Assembly: GCF_006345805.1 (NCBI RefSeq) | Contig: NC_042998.1 | Span: forward strand, 11,036,001-11,100,000 | Reading direction: 5' to 3' | Source of the DNA: Octopus sinensis | Lineage: Eukaryota | DNA length: 64,000 bases | In this document: piece by piece, positions 12,540-24,718 of the stretch | Layout: each line of letters opens with the position of its first letter | How positions within the stretch are numbered: position 1 is the stretch's first letter | Made by a program: the position numbers and the translations under genes | Notes under the pieces: generated by a model | The model's input: only the letters and a program-made list of their open reading frames with translations | What the model was told of the DNA's origin: nothing | Database searches by the model: none

Positions 12540-13110
12540 GGGAGGTGGAGGAATATATCTACCTTGGACAAGAGGTGAATATGTGCTGAGACATGGAGGC
12601 GAAAGAAGATCTTGCGGAGAATAAGGGCCGCATGGAAAGCGTTCAACTCCATCGAAGATGTGCTCACAGGAAAACTGGAAAGGACAACCCCTCCAACCGC
12701 ACAGTTTCACCTGCAATTTTGTAAGGAAGCGAAACTTGGTCACGACAAAGAGAGAGGGGCAAAGGCTGGTCATCGAGTTAACTGCTCAAAAAAACCAAGA
12801 AAAGATTGATGTTGGGAGTGTCGCTAAATGATCACATCCGATTAACGAAGCGGTCAGAGAGAAATCTGGCGTGAGAGACATGATCACAGAATACAGAAGG
12901 CAGAAGTTTAGATGGGTTGGACAAGTTGCTCGGTTCACCGACAATCGGTGGACTCGAGCAGTTGTCGTGAGGTATTCGCGCGAGCGGAGGAGGCCTCAAG
13001 GAAGGCCCCGAAAACGGTGGGTTGACGAAATACGACAAGCGTCTGGAGGTACGTGGATGAGAGAGGCAGGATCTAAAGAGGAATGGACGATGTGCTATGA
13101 CTAGCAGTGT
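12540..13110 (+). mobile_element. RTE-clade LINE 3' fragment
   Basis: EVEEYIYLGQEV..., RRIRAAWKAFNSIEDVL, and KFRWVGQVARFTDNRWTRAVV...RRRPQGRPRKRWVDEIR...GTWMREA, the typical RTE ORF C-terminus. Confidence 0.85.
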
Positions 13111-13239
13111 CGAAACGACGTCCGACAGTGTGGTGGACAAGTTGATCAAGGTGATACACTCACGCGCATATTTATATGTGTGTATGTATCTCTCTCTCCC
13201 CATCTTATCTATTTCCCTCTCTATATATATACGTACATA

Positions 13240-13467
13240 GGCGAGCTGGCAGACACGTTAGCACACCGGGCGAAATGCGTAGCCGTATTTCGTCTGCCGT
13301 TACGTTCTGAGTTCAAATTCCGCCGAGGTCGACTTTGCCTTTCATCCTTTCGGGGTCGATAAATTGAGTACCAGTTTCGCACTGGGGTCGATGTAATCGA
13401 CTTAATCCCTTTGTCTGTCCTTGTTTGTCCCCTCTATGTTTAGCCCCTTGTGGGTAGTAAAGAAATA
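13240..13467 (+). mobile_element. SINE family B, full length
   Basis: ggcgagctggcagacacgttagc head with B-box-like gagttcaaattcc, central gcctttcatcctttcggggtcgataaatt and tail gtgggtagtaaagaaata. Near-identical copies occur at 28818, 42582 and 57079. Confidence 0.9.
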
Positions 13468-14169
13468 TATATATATATACACACACACACATAGATACGT
13501 AAACTCGCCGCATAAATTTTACGATCTATGTATTTATGCATATGTATACATTCACACGCGTGTAAATATTTCCATGCACCTACATACATAAATGCTCATA
13601 TACATATGCGTATATGTCAAGCTGTGTTAGTATGTTCATGAATATTGACATTTAGCTAGTTCATCGTTCCAAACACATGATAATAACTATTTTTAGATGT
13701 AAAGCCGTATTTACGGAAATAATCTGTCCTTCAGCATCGCTGTCGCCGCCATACTCGTCTTATTATAGCCATTATCTCCATCACCACCAGTAAGAGCATT
13801 AATATAACCACGGCGTATATATCCAAACAGTCCAAAGAATTCGAGTATTCTTAATAATATAAACATAATAGTTATCTAGATTTTACATTTCTTAAAGATA
13901 CTTCTCTTTTGTATAGCTCTCTCACTGACTCACTGTCTTTTCTTCCCTTTCTTCCATTTCAGTCTCTTCTTTTTGCCCTCTGTATTTCTCATCCTCTATC
14001 TTTTCCTCCTCCTGCTTTTATCTCTCTATATTCTTCGCTATTCTTCGCATAATTAAACAATCTAAAGTGATAGTATCATTTTGTTTCTAGTATCCTTACG
14101 TTGAGCCAAGATTTAGCTGAAGCATATTCTTTCCAACCGCATATTCGTGTCAATGACCTGCTGGCGCGT

Positions 14170-14368
14170 ACGGACGTATACATGTATGTTTGTGTGTGTG
14201 TATATATATATATATATACATGTACGCACACATATATTCATACATATATTCACAACACACGCCTGTAATATGTACATGAGGGCGCCAACACTTGTACATG
14301 TCTATAATATATATGTATATATGTATGCATATATTATATATATATATATGTGTGTATATATATATGTA

Positions 14369-14412
<44 letters not shown>

Positions 14413-14485
14413 CATATATATATATATGTATGTATGTGTATGTATGTGTGTGTACGTATGTATATATATATGTATGTATGTATAT
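14170..14485. repeat. (TA)n/(TG)n/(TATG)n compound microsatellite
   Basis: Direct reading. Confidence 0.95.
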
Positions 14486-14574
14486 GTGACCTCGTGAGTA
14501 CCACTGGCGATTTTTTTTCCTCTGTCTTCCCTTCTCGGGATCTTTCCTTCTCCTATGTTTCCGACGAAGACATT

Positions 14575-14819
14575 TTTAGAGAGTTACTTCCCTTATATAA
14601 TAGGGAAAACAATGCATTAAAATGGAAAAAAATGATGGTAATGTTTTTTTTAAATCGTAGACTCATCGTAGACGCGCGCTAATACCCAGAAGGGCTCGAT
14701 ATGAATCACGACTATAAGATACCCGGTTTTGGTTAAACTGCACCGCAAAATGTGGGAGTAGTTAGGAATCTAAATCGTTGGAGACAGACAGCACACAACC
14801 TCACTTTTATATATAAAGA
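14575..14819 (-). mobile_element. Non-autonomous Helitron, 5' part (3'-truncated copy of 36788-37185)
   Basis: The reverse complement begins TCTTTATATATAAAAGTGAGGTTGTGTGCTGTCTGTC and is colinear with the copy at 36788. Confidence 0.75.
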
Positions 14820-15164
14820 TAAAGCTTCTGTTAGAGACATTATATTCCTTGAAATTTCAAGACCGTTATAATTAGTGACGGCAGTCGCAGAAATAACTTA
14901 TTTTATAAATTTTCTTAAATTTGGTGGGCAATCTATTTCAACATGTGAAAAAATTGAAAAATAATCTGGCACCAGAATGTGATAAACAAATATATCTTTT
15001 TCATATTGGTGTCGCATTAAATCATCTCCAGCGTTTTCTTCTTGGAAGAACATTTCATAAACTTCTCCACTTTCATCACCTTCTGTCTGGCTATCTAGAC
15101 TGTCGCACATATTCACCTCTATGTTTGAGGGCCATCTTTTCTGCATATATCTTTTATCCTTTTT

Positions 15165-15535
15165 ATATGTTTCAATCGGTGGACTGCAGTCATGCTGGGG
15201 CACCGTCCTGAAGGGTTTAAGGAAATAGATCGACGCCAGTACCTACATTTTAAAGCCTGATACGTATTCTATTGGTCCCTTCCGCTAAATTACAAGTGTG
15301 TAAAGAAACCAACATCAGTAGTCAAGCAGTCGCGTGCGGACACACACATACCCACTCTATTTATGTGGGTATATACATGGCGGGCATCATTCAGTTTCTA
15401 TCCGCCAAAACCACTTACAAGGGTTTAGTCAGCCCAAGATTATAGTAGAAGAACTTGGCCAAGATGGCTCGCAGTGGCACTGAGCCAGGTACTCTGTTGC
15501 TGGGAAGCAAACTTCTTACCACACAGCTACGCCTC
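15165..15535 (-). mobile_element. Old, diverged SINE family A copy
   Basis: Contains the reverse complement of the family A head (ttcttaccacacagctacgcct), the CORE-like region and the tail (ggactgcagtcatgctggggcacc). Confidence 0.65.
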
Positions 15536-16559
15536 TTGACTTTCTCTTCGATACTCTATGTAACTTGCACCTTTCTGCTGTCATGATGACTCGTCTTAGC
15601 CATTTGTTTTATCATAAACTGTCTCTGATGTCCTATCTTTTTTCTACTCTCATTCTTTGTATTGTATTATCCTTTCGTTTGATACATCACTTCTTTAATT
15701 TAGTTTCGTTCCATAGAGAATATTGTATAAATGAGAAAGGAAAATAAAAAGTATATTGCAAACAATTTGCAGAAGTTTAAAGATGAAAGATTAAAGGCGG
15801 TGCTCCAGCATGGCCGCAGTCAAATGACTGAAACAAGTAAAATAGTAAGAGTATGAAAAATACCAAAATAAAATCTGGGCTACCTACTTTCTGTCTTACT
15901 GCCCGTTGCTCCATAAAGATAAACGAGAGTTTTTTGTTTCGCAAAAATGCCAAAATGTTTTCCTAGAAAATCAAATTATGATAAAACGCAAGAAACTACC
16001 ATACACACACATGTATAGTTTAACATGCACCCAGATTGATAACAATTTTTATCTATCATAAGTAAAAACAAATTGTCTGCTATTTAAAGTACTGAAATTC
16101 ATTTATGGCGCCAAGAGAGTAGTATCACTCTTAACATAGAATTTGAGCGTTGTGTTGAAATAGAGCTGGCGAATGTCAGGCTTACGTGAGGGAATCCTTG
16201 AACTTAGTTATATCAATGATTAATACAAAAATGAAAAATAATTGAAGCTATAATAAAGAATACAATCAGCAAAGGCAGTGATTCATTAATGGGGTAAAGT
16301 TTTAGATGACAATGGAAGGTACGCTTGTTATATGGATGGACGACCAAATACCGTGTATCGTACTATGAAGTTAAATTACCAGAGTCAAATTATCATGATC
16401 GAGAACCAGAAGAGTATTTTGAGATTGCACAGAATTTGAAAATAGCTTCGGAAAAAAAAAATTATGAAGACAGTTTGGGAAAACTGCCCAGTACCATGCC
16501 GTGTCTTCAAGGAATTTTATGAAGAAAATATATCAGCAACAACGATGCATACTTATCGT

Positions 16560-16675
16560 CTATGTATGTATGTATGTATGTATGTATGATGTATGTATGT
16601 ATGTATGTATGTATGTATGTATGTATGTATGTATGTATGTATGAATGTATGTATGTATGTATGTATGTGTGTGTG

Positions 16676-16711
<36 letters not shown>

Positions 16712-16730
16712 AAAGAGAAAGAGAGAGGGG
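16560..16730. repeat. (TATG)n-(TG)n-(TA)n-(GA)n microsatellite
   Basis: Direct reading. Confidence 0.95.
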
Positions 16731-16889
16731 GAGGGCGGAAGAGAGAGATATATTTTCCTTTCTGCTGTCTTCTCGGATTTCCATGTCTTTGTCGCCGTCG
16801 AAATCTATCCTTATAAATTTGAATTGGAATCTTGAGTAATACTGAATCTTTCATTAGGTGATTACATAATCATTGACGCCACCCCTATG

Positions 16890-17110
16890 GATGCGTTGCA
16901 GTTATTCTCTTGATAGAGATTGGAGATCCTGACCGTCGATCTCTTAGGATTCCTCCCCTTGGCATCAATGTAAGAAGCACCGTTGGATAGGTTGTGCTCT
17001 TCTGTTTCATTTCCACGATCGACCATGCTGCAATCTCATGACTTCGCCCGATCTCAGACAGTATGGCTGAACGGGTTCTATGCCTTGCCAAAGGGCAGCC
17101 TGTAACTATG
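16890..17110 (-). mobile_element. Possible Tc1-like transposase N-terminal HTH remnant
   Basis: RSAILSEIGRSHEIAAW...GILRDRRSGSPISI resembles the Tc1 N-terminus ending in L.DRPRSGRP. Weak. Confidence 0.3.
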
Positions 17111-17504
17111 CAGAGCACGATCATTGCTTTGTAAGCTATTTTTAAAATACCTACATACCTGAAAACACATACATATAAATATACATACACATGCACACAT
17201 ACATATATACTCTTATTTATACCTTTTAGACCATGTAGAGGGAAAGGCATTCACATAAACCAAATTACATACATACATGCATAAGTTGCTGAAATTCCCA
17301 TGAAGGAGCGTTGGATCTAGAACAGAAACCGGCTATTGGCAAAGAAATCCTGAAATAGAACTGAATAATGATATACATATAGGCGCAGGTCAGAAGCTTG
17401 CTTCCCACCAACACGGTCCCTAGTTCAACCGCACTGCATAGCACTTGACACCTTGGGCGAGTGCCTTCTACTATAATCTCGGGTCGACCAATCATCATCA
17501 TCAT

Positions 17505-17990
17505 TGCTCGACCGTGGTCGAGACAATGGAATTTACCATGCTACGCCAGACTTCACGGTTCATCATAGCATTACGGAGATCCTGTTGTTGGATGCCTGTA
17601 TCCCTGGAGATTACATCAGGGTAGGAGCGTGTGCGCCCGCTGTTGTTGCGAGTAGATGGCTTCCAGAGGAGAAGAGTAGAAATTGCCTCGTTTCAGCTCT
17701 ACAACGATGTCCAGCAACTGGACTCTCCTACCTTTCACAAGAGATGACACAGGTGGTAGTTTCCCATATATTTGCATTTGGTTGGATGGCGCTTCCACGA
17801 GATTTTTGAGCTCTCATAAGGAAGCGAGTGTAGGTTCCACCCAACCGCCTCTCAAGCTTCTTTGATAACGTCCAGGTTTCTGAGCCATATAGTAGAATTG
17901 GTTCGACTGTGGCTTTGAAGATTTCAAGTTTGAAGTCTCTACTTAGATTTGATGACCAGATCTTATGCACGTCGACCATAGAGTTGTGAT
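17505..17990 (-). mobile_element. RTE-clade LINE 3' fragment with (GAT)n tail
   Basis: HKIWSSNLSRDFKLEIFKATVEPILLYGSETWTLSKKLERRLGGTYTRFLMRAQ. An atcatcatc run at about 17491-17503 is the tail on the minus strand. Confidence 0.85.
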
Positions 17991-18100
17991 TATATTTGGA
18001 ACCGAAAGAAGCCCGACATATACACACGCACAACACACGCGCGCACACACACACACACACACTCACACACACACAAACAAACACAAGCACACACACACAC

Positions 18101-18144
<44 letters not shown>

Positions 18145-18191
18145 TGCAGCGTGGAAGGTGGTTTATAAGCCATTTAAACACACACAAAAAC

Positions 18192-18348
18192 CGTTAGATT
18201 CACTTCAACATTAAAATTGAATTTGTCAAAATATTTTCGTCGCTATGAAGCCGTGACCTGTTCACTGACGAAATTCCGTGCAGTACGGTTTCAAGACGAC
18301 GAAAATATTTTAACAAATAAAAATTTAAATGTTGAAGTGAATCTAACG
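18192..18348. repeat. Inverted repeat/hairpin element between (CA)n and (CATA)n tracts
   Basis: cgttagattcacttcaacatt...aaaatattttcgtcg pairs with cgacgaaaatattttaac...aatgttgaagtgaatctaacg; arms about 50 bp. Confidence 0.9.
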
Positions 18349-18575
18349 TACACAGACACATACATACATACATATATATATTCATACACACACAGACATA
18401 CATACATACATACACACATACATACATACATACATACATACATACATACACACATACATACATATGTGAACACACATACACTCAAGCAAACAAACAGAAA
18501 GAACGCCGCTCTGTAAATAGACAGAGTCAAGGATTATTGAAAAGTTTGTAAGACGCAACGAAAATTTTAGAAAAA

Positions 18576-18739
18576 GAGTGGCTGTGTGGTAAGTAGCTTG
18601 CTAACCAACCTCATGGTTCCAGGTTCAGTCCCACTGCGTGGCATCTTGGGCAAGTGTCTTCTGCTATAGCCCCGGGCCAACCAATGCCTTGTGAGTGGAT
18701 TTGGTAGACGGAAACTGAAAGAAGCCTGTCGTATATGTG

Positions 18740-18770
<31 letters not shown>

Positions 18771-18986
18771 TTGTGTGTCTGTGTTCCCCTAGCATTGCTT
18801 GACAACCGATGCTGGTGTGTTTACGTCCCCGTCACTTAGCGGTTCGGCAAAAAGACACCGATAGAATAAGTACTGGGCTTACAAAGAATAAGTCCCGGGG
18901 TCGAGTTGCTCGACTAAAGGCGGTACTCCAGCATGGCCGCAGTCAAATGACTGAAACAAGTAAAAAAGTAAAAGAGTAAAAGAGTA
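18576..18986 (+). mobile_element. SINE family A (tRNA-derived, CORE-like ttgggcaagtgtct, internal microsatellite, (AAAGAGT)n tail)
   Basis: A-box-like tggctgtgtggt, B-box-like ggttcagtccc and tail gactgaaacaagtaaaa...aaagagtaaaagag. Many copies in the window. Confidence 0.92.
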
Positions 18987-19035
18987 AGTAAAAAAAGTGG
19001 AAATCAAACAGGGGAGTGTTAAGTAATAAGGCAAT

Positions 19036-19109
19036 AAGGGAGAATGACTCACCCCAGACATAATAATATATATACTATTGTGTCTGGGGGTGAGTCATTC
19101 TCCCTTATT
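19036..19109. repeat. Short palindrome with TA-rich spacer
   Basis: aataagggagaatgactcaccccagaca [TA-rich] tgtctgggggtgagtcattctcccttatt. Confidence 0.9.
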
Positions 19110-19351
19110 GTGGTGTGTGTGTGTATGTGTGTATGTATAGGTAAATAGAGATGTAAGTAAACAGATAGATAAATAGATAGGTACATAGTTAATACGGACA
19201 GACAAGCACACATATACACATATACACACATACAAACACAAACATGAACACAGAAGCACATGAATACGCACAATACATACATACAAACGTACACACATGC
19301 ATACATACATACATACAGGCACACACATATATATATATACATATACATGTA

Positions 19352-19401
<50 letters not shown>

Positions 19402-19724
19402 CATATACATACATGCATACACACATACATACATAAATACATAATACATACATAAATGCATAATACATACATATTTATACATACATACATATCGATATAT
19501 ACATGAACACTAACGCACACACATGCGTACAAACAAAAAAAACCCAAAAGAACGCAACACTGATAACGGACAGATTCAACGACTATTGACAAGTTTGCAA
19601 GACGCAACGAAAAGTTTAGAAAAACTAAATAATGAGTGGAAATCGAATCGGTGTGTGTGTGTTGATTAATGATAAGGCACTAAAAAAGATATCTCTCTCC
19701 AGACACAATAAAATAGGCTTCAGC

Positions 19725-19800
<76 letters not shown>
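19110..19800. repeat. (CATA)n/(TA)n/(CA)n microsatellite-rich block
   Basis: Direct reading. Confidence 0.9.
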
Positions 19801-19802
<2 letters not shown>

Positions 19803-20059
19803 AGTGAATTGAAGAAATGGAGTTGAACGAAGATTGAACAAAATCGTTTTATTGCATTCTACACGTGTATCGAAGGCACAATTTACCAAATTCGATTGAA
19901 TAAGGAGACCATATTGTGTCTTTCACTTCAGGAAGAAATATGGTCTCCTTATTCAATCGGAATTTGGTAAATTGTGCCTTCGAAACACGTGTAGAATGCA
20001 ATAAAACGATTTCTGTTCAATCTTCGTTCAACTCCATTTCTTCAATTCACTAATAATAT
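19795..20059. repeat. Long palindrome (about 120-bp arms, about 21-nt loop) containing a hammerhead 3' half
   Basis: The left arm attattagtgaattgaagaaatggagttgaacg...ggagaccatat mirrors the right arm atatggtctcc...cgttcaactccatttcttcaattcactaataat. The right arm has CCTTC GAAA CACGTG TA at 19977-19993. Confidence 0.95.
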
Positions 20060-20294
20060 TAAAATTCAATTATCCGCACCAACGCACGGTTGCAACACCA
20101 TATGGTTGTACCTCCAACCGTGCTGTCTTCTGCTGTGATTTTTGCTACCAAGGTATCGTTAAACTTTTGATTAATCTGCAACAAGATTATTCATCTTCTA
20201 TTTCACAATATATATATATATATATATATATTATAATTATATATATATATATAACAGCCTCCTAACAACTCTACTTACGTGGGTATTGGGGTAT

Positions 20295-20575
20295 GACTAC
20301 CTTTTACATATATTTACTATTTAGTACTGGGTATGTTTCATTTACGAGGACGTACTCCTGTATTTGTCTGAGTGTTGGGGACTTTGGGTGCTTGAGTAAA
20401 ATGGGGATGTCAAGTTGACCCAGTGTGTCCCCACAATGGGCTTTTGCATATTGATAAAGTATGGAGGAATGTTTTCTGTTCTCATATTGTCTCAAATGAT
20501 CTTCTAGATGTCTCACCTATGTATATCGTCTCCTTGTCTTTAAAAGCACCCTCTATTCACACATCCATCCATAAC
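20295..20575 (-). mobile_element. Penelope-like GIY-YIG endonuclease remnant
   Basis: Minus strand RGAFKDKETIYIGETSRRS, then HLRQYENRKHSSILYQYAKAHC...KSPTLRQIQEYVLVNETYPVLNSK. Confidence 0.75.
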
Positions 20576-20589
20576 GGATGCACGTCCAT

Positions 20590-21320
20590 AGACACATTTA
20601 AACATGCGTACACATACAAACACATAAACATGAATATGCAGAATGCATACAAACAAACACACACATACATGCATAGACATGCATACATACATACATACAT
20701 ATATACATAAAAAGATACACACATACATACATATATACATACATACATACATACATAAATACATACATACATACATACATACATAAATACATACATACAT
20801 ACATACATACATACATACATACATAATACATACATACATACATACATACATACATACATACTTACATGCATACATACATACATATATACATACATACATA
20901 CATAAATACATACATACATACATACATACATACATAAATACATACATACATACATACATACAAACATACATACATACATGCATACATACATACATACATA
21001 CATACATACATACATACATACATACATACATACATACATACATACATAAATACATACATACATACATACATACATGCATACATACATACATACATACAGA
21101 TGTATATACACTTGCACACTGACGCACACATGGGCACAAAAAAACAAAGAAACAAACAAAAAGAACCAGCTCCAATATATATGCATTTAATGCACACACA
21201 TACATGTATGTGTGTATGTATGTATGTATGTATTTATGTATGTAGGTATGTAGGTAGGTAGGTAGGTAGGTAGGTAGGTAGGTAGGTATGTAGGTAGGTA
21301 GGTAGGTAGGTAGGTAGGTA
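20590..21320. repeat. Large (CATA)n array followed by (GTAT)n/(GTAG)n
   Basis: Direct reading; it produces the MYVC-repeat ORFs. Confidence 0.97.
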
Positions 21321-21544
21321 TGCGTCTGTGCGTGTGCTTCTTTCTGATATACCGTAATAAATGTAAAAAATTCTCACCGTCATATAAGCGGTGTCATTCA
21401 CTTCTGATCTTCCACAATATATGTCCAGTTATGGGGGAAATAAGATTGTTTGGGGGATTTGTGAAAGTAAGGACATTCTGATGGAGTAAATATGCTTTAA
21501 TAAATCCTATCTGATTTATGCAAAAATGGAGAACTAAACGTTAA

Positions 21545-21800
21545 AAGAAGATGACGAAGAGGAGGACTATGACCACGACGACGACGACGATAATGATGGT
21601 GATGATGATGATAATGATGGTGAAGAGGATGATGATGATTTTGGTGGTGGTGATGATGATGATCAAAACGACGAAGATAATAATGATGATGACGATAACA
21701 ACGAAGATGAAAGGGACGAGTCCGATGACGATGACGAAGGCGTTGACGACGATGACGACGACGATGATGATGATAATCCCCATGATCATGGTGAGTGTGA
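21545..21800. repeat. Degenerate (GAT/GAC)n array
   Basis: Direct reading. Confidence 0.9.
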
Positions 21801-22164
21801 TGATGGGGAGGAACTGAGTGAAGAAGGCTGAAGAAGGCTGAAGAGGATGTCGAGAATGTGGAGAAGAGGGTATAGAAAATCGAGTGCAGCCAGCGTTCGT
21901 ACGTTACTGACTTGATGATACGAGAGGTGAAAGAGTAAGCACGATGCGATTTGGATAACAGAATCCTTTTTAGTCTTGTAATCACGATCCAGTTATTGAC
22001 ACTGTAATTCTATAGGTTACGAAAAAAAAAAGGTTAAATAAATAAAATAAAATTCAAAAAACACAAAATAAACAATAATAACAATAAATTAAAGTTCATA
22101 TATTTAGAAATGGTTGTCAACCGTATCAACTTCAGAATATGGAATATGGAGTGCATTTCGTAAA

Positions 22165-22880
22165 TACATACATACACACACACCACACACCATAACATGT
22201 ATATGTATGTAATATAAAAATATGTATATGTATATATAAATATATATAAATATGTATATATAAATATGTATGTATATATAAATATATATATATATGTATA
22301 TGTGGATGTATATATGTATGTATATATGTATATATGTATGTATATGTATGTTTGTATGTATGCATGCATGTATGTATGTATGTGTGTATACGAATATGTG
22401 TGTGTGTATGTGCGAGTGTGTATGTGCGTGTGTGTGTACATGTGTGTGTGTGCGTGCGTGTGCATGCATATTTAAAAAGGGGAAGAAATATAGCAGCCTT
22501 CCACGCAAACCGGAACGATTTCCAGACCCTTAAAGCGCCATCTATTGGTCGGTATCTTAGCCAATAGATTCGAGTAAATCGGTATTTGTTTTCTTATTAG
22601 TATAATTAATATCTTGTCTGGATGTGTTTATATATGTACATATATATATATACCTGTGTGAGTATTTATATGTATATATGCATATGCATAATGTATATAT
22701 GTGTGTATGTGTGTGTGAGTGTGTGTGTGTGTGGGGGTGTATGTGTGTGTATGGGCGCACAATTTTTAGTACATGTATTCATGTGAGTGCTTGCATATTA
22801 AATATGCGCGTGAGAGAGAGAGAGAGGGAAAGGGAGAGAGAGTGAGTAAGTGAGTGAGTGAGAGAAAGAGCGCGCGCGAG
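22165..22880. repeat. (TA)/(TATG)/(TG)/(GA) microsatellite blocks
   Basis: Direct reading. Confidence 0.9.
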
Positions 22881-22937
22881 AGAATTACATTAACATTTTA
22901 ATGGAAAAGACATTCGTATTTATTTTTTTAATATACA

Positions 22938-23150
22938 ATGGGAAACTGGTTAACTTTAGAAGAGAGGAGATTCGTGGTAAGTCTGATGAAAGTGTCCCAT
23001 TCTCCCACCCTACTTCTCAAGACGCTCCAAAAACAATTTCAACCAGCTTCAGAAAAACGTTTAACGATTTATCATACGTGCGAAAAGTTTGTTCAGTTTG
23101 GTTCGGTTTGGTCCTACTACGAGAGAAATGTTTCATCTTTGATTAGGTAG
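22938..23150 (+). mobile_element. Tc1/mariner-superfamily transposase N-terminal HTH remnant (DUF4817-like)
   Basis: LTLEERRFVVSLMKVSHSP...LQKQFQ...RLTIYHTCEKFVQFGSV matches the EER.F.V...S...F......TI....KF...GSV pattern. Confidence 0.6.
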
Positions 23151-23205
23151 ATTTGAAACGAGCATTTGTGATGTTCAACAAACAATGCCATATCGTGATG
23201 GTGGT

Positions 23206-23530
23206 GACTCCCTTCGGTCAGACACTGACCATGGGTTTGCACCTAGAGAGTTACCCTCTGAGGCACAAGTCTGGGCAAGGTTGTTTTATGGAAGACCAAC
23301 AGTCGCCCATGCATACCGGCCTCCCCTCTCCACGTCACCGATGTTGTCCAAGGGAAAGGCAAGGGCCGATACAGCTTGGCACCTGTGACGTCGCAACTCA
23401 TTTCTACAGCTGAGTGACTGAAGAAGCAACGTGAATAAAGTGTCTTGCTCAAGAACACAACACGCAGCCCGGTCCGGGATTCGAGCTCACAACCTCACGA
23501 TCGTAAGCTCGACGCTCTAACCACTGCCAT
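23206..23530 (-). mobile_element. SINE family D (tRNA-derived CORE-type SINE)
   Basis: Reverse complement: ggcagtggttagagcgtcgagcttacgatcgtgaggttgtgagctcgaatcccgg, followed by CORE-like ttcttgagcaagacactttattc...cagctgtagaaatgag. Confidence 0.75.
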
Positions 23531-23889
23531 ATAGCCCTTGAAAATTTACTAAATACCACAGCTTGGAGATAGAGGTGTTACGTGAAACCTTGTAAATAAG
23601 TTTATCGTATGATTTCAGGGTGCGCCCACATCATGTCTAAAAGTCGTGCAGGCATTGAAAAAATATTGGAAAGTGTTAGAATAGAACGCTACCAGGTTCG
23701 AGAGAGAGGGGGAAGCGAGAGAGGGAGAGAAAGAGCGCGTGCAAGAGAGAGACAAAGCAATGTTTGTGACTGAAAAAGTGTAGAAATACAAAGCGAAGAA
23801 TGGCAATGACAGAAGTGTATAATGAAAGCAGATTCGCCATGGAAGAAATAGAATTCGTTTTATATATATTAGCTGAAGGTGACCCGCTC

Positions 23890-24257
23890 TACGCGCGGGT
23901 AAGAGTGTGGTTGTTATCTTCTGTTGCATCCTTTTGGCACGCAAAAAGCACCATCCGAACGTGGCCGATTGCAGCGCCGCCTTGACTGGCTTCTGTGCCG
24001 GTGGCACGTAAAAAGCACCAACCGATCGTGGACGCTGCCAGCGCCCCTCCTCCCGTGGCACCTGTGCCGGTGGCACGAAAAAAAGCACCCACTGCAATCA
24101 CGGAGTGGTTGGCGTTAGGAAGGGCATCCAGCTGTAGAAACACTGCAAGATCAGACTGGAGCCTGGTGCAGCCTCCTTGCTTCCCAGACCCCAGTCAAAC
24201 CGTCCAACCCGTGCTAGCACGGAAAACGGACGTTAAACGATGATGATGATGATGATT
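23890..24257 (+). mobile_element. SINE/LINE-tail family E with internal ~65-bp repeats and (GAT)n tail
   Basis: Three copies of ggcacg(t/c/a)aaaaagcacc near 23936, 24002 and 24072, then ggttggcgttaggaagggcatccagc...ggaaaacggacgttaaacgatgatgatg, an RTE-like 3' end. Confidence 0.7.
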
Positions 24258-24305
24258 ATTCTCCCTCTTTGTTTCTCTCTCCTTTCTTCGTTTTATATAT
24301 ATATA

Positions 24306-24718
24306 GGCGCAGGAGTGGCTGTGTGGTAAGTAGCTTGCTAACCAACCACATGGTTCCGGGTTCAGTCCCACTGCGTGGCATCTTGGGCAAGTGTCTTCCG
24401 CTATAGCCTCGGGCCGACCAAAGCCTTGTGAGTGGATTTGGTAGACGGAAACTGAAAGAAGCCTGTCGTATATATATGTATATATATGTATGTGTGTGTA
24501 TATGTTTGTGTGTCTGTGTTTGTCCCTCTAGCATTGCTTGACAGCCGATGCTGGTGTGTTTGCGTCCCCGTCACTTAGCGGTTCGGCAAAAAAAGAGACC
24601 GATATAATAAGTACTGGGATTACAAAGAATAAGTCCTGGGGTCGATTTGCTCGACAAAAGGCGGTGATCCAGCATGGCCGCAGTCAAATGACTGAAACAA
24701 GTAAAAGAGTAAAAGAGT
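24306..24718 (+). mobile_element. SINE family A, full length
   Basis: ggcgcaggagtggctgtgtggtaag ... gactgaaacaagtaaaagagtaaaagag. Confidence 0.93.

Noticed and set aside
22983-22989. CTGATGA as a hammerhead core
   Set aside because: It lies inside the transposase remnant and has no GAAA or stem I partner.
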